DNA from: Candidatus Nomurabacteria bacterium
GTDB taxonomy: Bacteria > Patescibacteriota > Minisyncoccia > Phycocordibacterales > UBA9973
NCBI GenBank assembly: GCA_963842815.1
Contig: CAWJHU010000001.1
Coordinates: 94,497 to 158,496, forward strand
Direction: 5' to 3'
Length of the DNA: 64,000 nucleotides
The notes below the pieces were generated by a model, which saw nothing but the letters and a program-made list of their open reading frames with translations, did no database searches and was not told the origin of the DNA. The position numbers were made by a program, and so were the translations under genes. This document shows positions 28,389-34,983 of the stretch, in pieces (within the stretch, counting starts at the first letter, position 1; each line of letters starts with the position of its first letter).

Positions 28389-28470
28389 GGAGGGTTCGCC
28401 TAATGGTATGGCAATAGTCTTGAAAACTATCGGGAGCAATCCTTTAGAGGTTCGACTCCTCTACCCTCCG
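28389..28470 (+). tRNA. tRNA-Ser (anticodon TGA), long variable arm, no CCA
   Basis: GGAGGGTTCGCCTAATGGTATGGCAATAGTCTTGAAAACTATCGGGAGCAATCCTTTAGAGGTTCGACTCCTCTACCCTCCG: anticodon loop CTTGAAA, a long extra arm, and acceptor 3' ACCCTCC. Confidence 0.75.
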
Positions 28471-28761
28471 CAAGCGAAAAACATTATCAAGGACGATATG
28501 GTATAATTCTTAGAGTCTAATATTTTATTAACTTAACCTAACTATAAAAATATGATAAAAGGAAACTTTCTTGGTGCGGCGATTGTTGCGATAATTTACA
28601 CGATTTATATTTTAATGAATCCTGGCGCAATGCATTCAAAAACAGCATTTGTATTGGCATTAGTGATTTTGAATGCTTTGACTATCGTGTTGCTGGCTTT
28701 TGCATTCAAATGACAGATATTTTCAAACAGATATCGCAAATAAATTTGATATAATACAAAC

Positions 28762-29055
28762 ATGAATGAATTTTTAAAGAACAAACAGGAGGACTTGGGG
28801 GCTTTTCACGCCGAAATAGCCATGTTAAAAAAGTTGGAGGAAAGAGAAAATGTAGCCCATCTTCAGAAATGCAATCCAGCCGAATTGGGAGAAGAAGATA
28901 AAAAAATTTATGAAAAATTAAAATCAGGCAGTTTGACCAAAGAAGAATTGTGGAAACACCGGGACGAAGTGTTGGAATCCGGCAATGAAAGTCGGGATGC
29001 CTTGGCTTCCTATGCGGCAAATAAAATTATGATAAAAAATATTTTAAAGAAATAA
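28762..29055 (+). CDS. Hypothetical protein
   Basis: 97-aa ORF ending before the bidirectional terminator. Confidence 0.35.
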   Translation: MNEFLKNKQEDLGAFHAEIAMLKKLEERENVAHLQKCNPAELGEEDKKIYEKLKSGSLTKEELWKHRDEVLESGNESRDALASYAANKIMIKNILKK

Positions 29056-29112
29056 TTATGAAATTTTTATTATCCATAAATTATATTGTTTGGTTTGAAT
29101 ATAAAAAAATAA

Positions 29113-29139
29113 TAAATAAAAAAGACAGACGTACGGCGT
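29113..29139. terminator. Bidirectional rho-independent terminator
   Basis: AAGACAGACG-TACG-GCGTCTGTCTT stem flanked by A-runs and T-runs, between convergent genes. Confidence 0.6.
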
Positions 29140-29168
29140 CTGTCTTTTTTATTTTAAACTAAATTAAA

Positions 29169-29954
29169 TTAAAAACCGAACAAATGCGAGAAGAAGGAAC
29201 CGATTGTGCCGAAGAATCCTTTGTGTTCTCCATTATTTGTTCCCGATGTTGCAACCGGCTTGGTTTGGTCAATGATGCTTGAAGCTGTTACTGAAGTGCC
29301 ATTAATTGCCCCTTGGACAACTATGTTGTCCCCTACTTTAACATTGGAAATTGTGGCGCTTGTTACCCCTATTACAACAAACTTAGCGCTTGAAACATCT
29401 ACCGCATAGGTGATATTGCTTTTATTTGTGATGGTAATAGTGTTTCCATTTATTGCAGTTATGCTTCCTGCAATCACCGGTTGTCCATTGCCAACAATTG
29501 TGGAAAGGTCTTGATTTGGTTTGTCGGTATTATCCGGTTTCTTCATATTGCCCGAAGCGCCATTCATAACGCCATCACGAATTGTCGTGGCCACAATATT
29601 TGTGCCGGTCATTGTCCCTTGCACAGCAATCGTATCTCCTACAACTATACTTGCGATAGTTCCCGCAGCATTATTTTTTGTAATTTTTGCGTTGGTTGTA
29701 TCCACCGTATATGTGGCAGTAGTTGAATTTGCGCCGAAGCCTTGTCTGCCAGCCATGGTTATAATGTTGCCACTTACGGCTGAAACTGTGCCAAACACGG
29801 AAGGCTTCATTGTTCCCCGGCCATGCATTCTTCCGTTAAAAGAAGCGTTATTGCCTGGCTGATTGTCCTCCTGGGCGGAAACAGAAACTGCCCCAGCCAA
29901 GGTTGCTATGGCTATTAAAGCTATTAAGGTATAAACATATTTCTTATTTTTCAT
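29169..29954 (-). CDS. Secreted protein with three DUF5666-like repeats
   Basis: Signal peptide MKNKKYVYTLIALIAIATLAGAVSVSA; repeated ...ITxNxxxxxIxxVxVGDxIxVQGxxNGTxVTAxxI units similar to 43302..43805 and 47480..47965. Confidence 0.5.
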   Translation of the reverse strand: MKNKKYVYTLIALIAIATLAGAVSVSAQEDNQPGNNASFNGRMHGRGTMKPSVFGTVSAVSGNIITMAGRQGFGANSTTATYTVDTTNAKITKNNAAGTIASIVVGDTIAVQGTMTGTNIVATTIRDGVMNGASGNMKKPDNTDKPNQDLSTIVGNGQPVIAGSITAINGNTITITNKSNITYAVDVSSAKFVVIGVTSATISNVKVGDNIVVQGAINGTSVTASSIIDQTKPVATSGTNNGEHKGFFGTIGSFFSHLFGF

Positions 29955-30088
29955 ATATTTTTTTATTAACTAATAATATTGATACAAAATATAGCATATT
30001 CTGTATGTACGGATATATACGTTAAATGGGGCTAAAATGGTGCATAAAAATGTGGATTAAAAACAAATACTGAGGTATAATTAAATTA

Positions 30089-30556
30089 ATGGATCCGAAC
30101 AAAAAATTGGAATGGACTGCATTAGAATACGAGGAAAAGGAACGAGGAAATGATTGGTTCTGGGCGCTCGGCGTTATCGTAGTGGCAGGTTCTGTCGCTT
30201 CATTTATTTACAGCAATTATTTTTTCGGCTTGCTTTTAATCATCGGTGGAATATTGCTTGGGACTTTTGCCGTTAAAAAACCGGATTTGGTTTTTTACGA
30301 ACTGAATGAAAAAGGATTAAAAATAAAAAACCGCCTCTACCCCTACGAAAATATAAAAGCTTTTTGGATAAAGGAAATGGGAGAAAAGCCCGTGCTTTTC
30401 ATAAAATCGGAAAGATTATTTATGCCCATAATCTCCATGCCCATAAAACAAAATCTGGCGGGAGAAATAAAAAATCTGATGCTAAAAAACGATGTCTCGG
30501 AAGAAGAAATGAAAGAACACGTATCCGAAAAAATAATGGATTCTCTGGGCTTCTGA
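30089..30556 (+). CDS. Hypothetical membrane protein
   Basis: 155 aa with two TM helices. Confidence 0.4.
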   Translation: MDPNKKLEWTALEYEEKERGNDWFWALGVIVVAGSVASFIYSNYFFGLLLIIGGILLGTFAVKKPDLVFYELNEKGLKIKNRLYPYENIKAFWIKEMGEKPVLFIKSERLFMPIISMPIKQNLAGEIKNLMLKNDVSEEEMKEHVSEKIMDSLGF

Positions 30557-30604
30557 TTTGAGTTTTTTAATAAAAACTGTTAGTCTTCAATTGCGGAAAA
30601 TAAC

Positions 30605-30679
30605 GCCCTCATAGTTTAATGGATAGAATGCGAGCTTGCGGAGTTTGCGATGTAGGTTCGATTCCTACTGAGGGCACCA
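30605..30679 (+). tRNA. tRNA-Arg-like paralog (my fold gives anticodon GCG; the weak anticodon stem may mean degeneracy), CCA encoded
   Basis: GCCCTCATAGTTTAATGGATAGAATGCGAGCTTGCGGAGTTTGCGATGTAGGTTCGATTCCTACTGAGGGCACCA. The D-arm and the whole variable/T-arm (CGATGTAGGTTCGATTCCTAC) are identical to tRNA-Arg(TCT) at 24530-24601; perfect acceptor and T stems. Confidence 0.6.
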
Positions 30680-30884
30680 TTAGGGAACTCATCGGTTTTT
30701 TGGAAGCCAAAATGCGGGACGCGCGAAGCGCGTCCCAAGGATTCCCGCCGAATTCCCCCAACGAATTCAGAATTTTTGGCGCGCTGGCGCGCACTGTTTT
30801 TTCGCCAAGAAGCAGGTTCGAGCCAAAGATTTCTTTGGCTACAGACCTTTTTAGCAAAAAGGTCGGAATCAGAATGCAATTTTG
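30675..30884 (+). repeat. Repeat X1: GC-rich, hairpin-dense repeat starting at the tRNA CCA (inverted partner at 32394-32558)
   Basis: About 95% identical to the reverse complement of 32394-32558 apart from a 43-nt insertion; contains perfect hairpins GGGACGCGC-GAAG-GCGCGTCCC and GGCGCGC-TG-GCGCGC. Confidence 0.8.
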
Positions 30885-32215
30885 TCCAATGCTTGTGCGT
30901 CTTTTACCCAGTTTTGGAAAGGTTCGAGCCAATCATTTTGCTTGTGTGAAAGAGAAGTCATTTCTTCTTCGAGCGACTTCTTTTGCAAAAGTAGTTTTCC
31001 TTTTTCAGAACGATAAATTTCTTTTTCAATATCTTGGTCAAGATATCCAGTAAGAAGTCGCTCTAATTTTTTTGAAATGAAGATATTTTTTCTTCTTTCT
31101 CTTTCACACAAGCAGTCAAAGACTGGGCGGAATTTTTGTGGTCTTTTTCTGCCATTTTCAATAATTCCTCCGCCCAGTCTTTGGGCAAAGAAACTTTTTG
31201 AATGAGTGATGATAACTGATTATCTAATTTTTCTTGGCGAATACAAGGTTCGGGACACTTCAAACTTTTAGTTTTTCTTCGTGCAGTGATAATAAACATA
31301 TTCGTGAACATTTCCATTTTTCTGTTTCTTCACCTTGTATTCGCCAGTTATCATCATTCCGCATGAAGCACAGGAAATAAGTCCGCAAAAAGGTTGAGGT
31401 TCATTTTTTGGTTTTCGTTCAGGTTGTACCACGTTGTTTCAACATTTCCTGTGCTTCATCAAAAAGTTTCTTTGAAATGATTGGCTCGTGCTTTCCTTCG
31501 TGGAGTTCACCACCATATTTAAATAATCCGATGTAAAAAGGATTTGAAAGAATAAAAGACGCTCTGGTTTTGTGAGATTCTCTTTCCGGTTCTTGAATAT
31601 AATGCCGGTTTTCGCCAAAAAGTTTGAAATATCTTCCAGCCGTATGATTTCCTTTCACGTATTTTCAAAAGCCAAGCGGATAATTTTAGATTTCTTTTTA
31701 TCAACCACAATATGTTTTTGTTCTGCGAATCGTTTAAATATCCCACTGGCGCTTGGCTTGGAAATATTCCCATTTCTAACTTTTTGGCGAAGTCCGCGTT
31801 TCGTATTTTCGGAAAGAGAATCTACATAGTATTTGCTTTGTCCGAAAGCCATATTCAACATAAATTTTCCTTGTGATGTGTTATCACACCAAAATGTTGG
31901 AAATTTTAGGCTCGCAAGTTTCCCTGTGTCGAGGAGATAAATAACTTTGACCTCCGTCCACCGAATTGCGGGCAAGACGATCGGGATTCCATGCGAGAAT
32001 GTTTCCGCCGAATTTTTCAATCTCATCTCATCATTTTATTAAAAATCGGACGACCTGGAATTTTCGCAGATTGTTTTTCAATACTATTCGGCGGAAATTT
32101 CAATATTTTCTCGCTTGGCATACTCCCGCAATTCGGTGAGTTGCGCGTCAATACTTAAAACTTGTTTATCCTCGACATCAGTGGACTTGCGAGCATACAA
32201 AAAGAATTTTTGCAT
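30869..32215 (-). pseudogene. Large serine recombinase pseudogene (at least five fragments separated by frameshifts and stops)
   Basis: Fragments: 32215->32095 MQKFFLYARKSTDVEDKQVLSIDAQLTELREYAKRENIEISAE* (catalytic-Ser region); 32026->31655 ...YVDSLSENTKRGLRQKVRNG; 31658->31419 ...GLFKYGGELHEGKHEPIISKKLFDEAQEM; then 31317->31063 and 31111->30869 (zinc ribbon and coiled coil). All align to the intact recombinase at 21637..22956. Confidence 0.75.
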
Positions 32216-32393
32216 ATATTTTTTTATAAAGCAGAAATGGCTACTCTAGTGTTGAAACCTTAACGAAAAGTTAAGATAGCTAGAATAGCCATTTCTGCTA
32301 ACTTTTCTAATAATCGGTTTCAACATTTCTAGTATACCAAAAAATATTTTATATCAAAAATTCTTTTTGTATTTTCTGACAAAGCAAATTCGT

Positions 32394-32558
32394 CAAAATT
32401 GCATTCTGATTTCGAACCTGCTTCTTGGCGAAAAAATAGTGCGCACCAGCGCGCCAAAAATTCTGAATTCGTTGGGGAAATTCGGCGGGAATCCTTGGGA
32501 CGCGCTTCGCGCGTCCCGCATTTTGGCTTCCAAAAAACCGATGAGTTCCCTTATGGTG
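32394..32558 (-). repeat. Repeat X2 (inverted copy of X1), joined at its outer end to repeat Y1
   Basis: Reverse complement matches X1; its outer end ...GAGTTCCCTTATGGTG abuts Y1. Confidence 0.8.
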
Positions 32559-32873
32559 TCTCTATTGTACCAAGTTAGAACCTATTTTCAAAACAAAGTA
32601 TCCTAGCGTTCCCCCGCGTGCTAAAGCACCTCTGTGCAGAAGCACAGAGCTTTCTCAAAGAGAAAGTGCGGGGAAAACGCTGAACGGCTCAAATACTGGG
32701 AAATGAGCCGTTCAAGAAAAAATGGACTCGGTTTTGCGAAACAATTTTGCGGGAGGAAGGATTCGCAAAACCGAGACTAAAGTTTTTTGAAATTCGGCGG
32801 GATTCGGGTTTCCGCCCCGCAGGAGGGTGCGGGAGGAATGCGGGGCGGGCATTTTGGATTTTTGGGCGGGCAA
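32554..32873 (+). repeat. Repeat Y1: about 320 bp, GC-rich and structured (inverted partner at 34644-34961)
   Basis: About 95% identical to the reverse complement of 34644-34961; hairpins CTCTGTGC-AGAA-GCACAGAG, GAACGGCTC...GAGCCGTTC and CTCGGTTTTGCGAA...TTCGCAAAACCGAG. Confidence 0.8.
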
Positions 32874-32909
32874 GTAGAAAAAGAAATACAAAAATGGTAA
32901 AATCTTTCT

Positions 32910-33299
32910 ATGAAAGATTTTGATCAATGGAATGAGCTAAAAAAGAAAATTGAAGCCGAGAAAAATAATCCTGAAAAATTTCCCAAAGAGGGAGAAGTTT
33001 GGATGAGTAATGTTGGCAAAAATATTGGCTTTGAACAAAATGGAAGCGGAGATAATTTTTCTCGTCCTGTTTTAATTGTGAAGAAATTTAACAATCATAT
33101 GTTTTGGGCTATATCACTTTCTACCAAACAAAAAGATTTTGATTTTTATTTCAATTTTACTGATTCAAATAATCAAAAAGTTTCCGCTATTTTGGCACAA
33201 ATGAAATTGATTAGTGTTAAAAGATTGAAAAGAAAACTTTATGATATTCCAAATGAACTTTTTGATGAAATGAAACAAAAATTAAAATCTTTTCTCTAG
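32910..33299 (+). CDS. PemK/MazF-family toxin-like protein with no adjacent antitoxin
   Basis: GEVWMSNVGKNIGFEQNGSGDNFSRPVLIVKKFNN...ISLSTK resembles Kid/PemK GEIWLVSLDPTAGHEQQGTRPVLIV...VVPVTS; followed by the hairpin terminator GAAACCCCGC-TTTTG-GCGGGGTTTC. Confidence 0.55.
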   Translation: MKDFDQWNELKKKIEAEKNNPEKFPKEGEVWMSNVGKNIGFEQNGSGDNFSRPVLIVKKFNNHMFWAISLSTKQKDFDFYFNFTDSNNQKVSAILAQMKLISVKRLKRKLYDIPNELFDEMKQKLKSFL

Positions 33300-33302
33300 A
33301 AA

Positions 33303-33330
33303 CTCGAAACCCCGCTTTTGGCGGGGTTTC
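33303..33330 (+). terminator. Rho-independent terminator after the MazF-like gene
   Basis: GAAACCCCGC TTTTG GCGGGGTTTC. Confidence 0.55.
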
Positions 33331-33644
33331 TCGGAGCCTTTCGGCACTTTGTATACTAAGTATAGCAAGCCAATAGACAAAGTCAAGCGAAATTTTTGAA
33401 TTACTAAAAGCTTGGCTTTTTGGCTTGTTTTTTATATAATAAAAGCACAATTTAATATGAAGACCTAACCCTTTGTTTTTTCATTGGCATGGTCAAAGAA
33501 ACTCGCTACAAGATAAAAAACTCCTCGTCAGAGTACTTGTAGCGAGTCATAGCTGGAAACGGCTGTGGGTAGTCTTTGGACTATCGGCTGGCGGGGATTT
33601 TTGTCAAAGTTTTCTTCTAGTTAAAATAAAAATCTCGCTACAAT

Positions 33645-34625
33645 ATGAAAAATAAATTTTTAAATTATTGTCTCATTTTTTCCTTAATATTGGTTGGTTA
33701 TTTTTTCTTTATTTCTAAAACATCAGCCGAAGAATCATGCACAGTACAGAATGCAAGTTTTTCACCCAGTGGAACTTTGCCAGATTTCTTAAATTCGGGT
33801 GGTAATATCAGTATTAATGTTGAAACTAATAACTGTGCTGGAAAAACAATTTTACTCACAGTTTTTGGAACACATGAACATTGGATCGGGCAAACTTCAC
33901 TTGCGGGGCAACTAACATCACCACTTGATGTTTCCGGTTTGCATAATAAACCTATTACTGTTCCAAACTCTGAAAACTTTAAAATTGATTTAATTGCAAA
34001 TGAGGAATCTTGTATAGGCCGTAATTCTTTTGTTAGTACATTGGGTGGACAAGCAATATATGCCACTTATGACTGTGCCTATTATTTTGAATTTGGTGGA
34101 GCAACAAATTTTAGTTCAATATCTTTTCCAAGTGGTGGAATAATTTATAACTGTAACGGTGAATGTGAAGATCAACAAAAACCTTGGAGTTTTATTTCAA
34201 TGACTGAACTTACAGCAGGTGGTGGAGGTGGTGGAGGACAAGGAGGTGGTGGTTCAGGTGGAGGTGGAGGAAGTGGTGGTGGAAATTATACTCCACCAGA
34301 ACCTGTTGATCTTTCAACAAGCGGAGGAGGTTTAAGTGCGGCTTGTCCAAAAACTGGATGTGGATTTAATGAATTAATGGAAATGGTTAATAAAGTTATT
34401 CACTTCATACTTTTTGATTTAGCTATGCCAATCGCGGCTATAATATTTGCATATGTAGGATTTTTACTTATTACAAGCGGAGGTAATCCAGAAACAAAAA
34501 ACAAAGCCAAGAAAATTTTTTGGAATGTATTTATTGGATTTGTTATTGCTTTAGCCGCTTGGTTGATTGTTAAAACAATTCTTTCAACTTTAGGATATAC
34601 TGGCACATCTTTTTTGGCTGATTAA
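33645..34625 (+). CDS. Secreted protein with a Gly-rich linker and a C-terminal TrbC/VirB2-like pilin domain
   Basis: Signal/TM at the N-terminus; GGGGGGGQGGGGSGGGGGSGGG linker; C-terminal LAMPIAAIIFAYVGFLLITSGGNPETKNKAKKIFWNVFIGFVIALAAWLIVKTIL is the two-helix VirB2/TrbC-type pilin pattern. Confidence 0.5.
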   Translation: MKNKFLNYCLIFSLILVGYFFFISKTSAEESCTVQNASFSPSGTLPDFLNSGGNISINVETNNCAGKTILLTVFGTHEHWIGQTSLAGQLTSPLDVSGLHNKPITVPNSENFKIDLIANEESCIGRNSFVSTLGGQAIYATYDCAYYFEFGGATNFSSISFPSGGIIYNCNGECEDQQKPWSFISMTELTAGGGGGGGQGGGGSGGGGGSGGGNYTPPEPVDLSTSGGGLSAACPKTGCGFNELMEMVNKVIHFILFDLAMPIAAIIFAYVGFLLITSGGNPETKNKAKKIFWNVFIGFVIALAAWLIVKTILSTLGYTGTSFLAD

Positions 34626-34643
34626 AATAATTTTAATCTTTTG

Positions 34644-34961
34644 TTGCCCGCCCAAAAATCCAAAATTCTCGCCCCGCATTCCTCCCGCACCCTCCTGCGG
34701 GGCGGAAACCCAAATCCCGCAGAATTTCAAAAATCTTTAGTCTCGGTTTTGCGAATCCTCCCTCCCGTAATATTGTTTCGCAAAACCGAGTCCATTTTTT
34801 CTTGAACGGCTCATTTCCCACCATTTGAGTCGTTCGGCGTTTCCCCGCACTTTCTCTTTGAGAAAGCTCTGTGCTACTGCACAGAGGTGCTTTAGCACGC
34901 GGGGGAACGCTAGGATACTTTGTTTTGAAAATAGGTTCTAACTTGGTACAATAGAGACACA
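34644..34961 (-). repeat. Repeat Y2 (inverted copy of Y1); its outer end resembles a degenerate tRNA 3' half
   Basis: Reverse complement matches Y1. The outer terminus GGTTCTAACTTGGTACAATAGAGACAC resembles the tRNA-Arg 3' half GGTTCGATTCCTACTGAGGGCACCA. Confidence 0.8.
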
Positions 34962-34983
34962 ATTTGAAAATTAATTTCTATTT

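Noticed and set aside
30609-31053. ORFs 30609..30932(-), 30616..30879(-) and 30619..31053(+) spanning the tRNA and repeat X1
   Set aside because: They overlap a tRNA and a GC-rich hairpin repeat. Near-identical mirror ORFs appear at X2 (32367..32606) simply because the DNA is an inverted repeat, so there is no independent coding evidence.
21637-32215. Reading the recombinase pseudogene as a recent duplicate of the recombinase at 21637
   Set aside because: The aligned fragments are clearly homologous but diverged (many substitutions per 10 residues), so they belong to different elements of one family rather than being a recent copy.
32367-32927. ORFs 32367..32606(+) and 32712..32927(-) in repeats X2 and Y1
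   Set aside because: These are the same mirror-image artefact, with mirror partner 34633..34962(-) in Y2.
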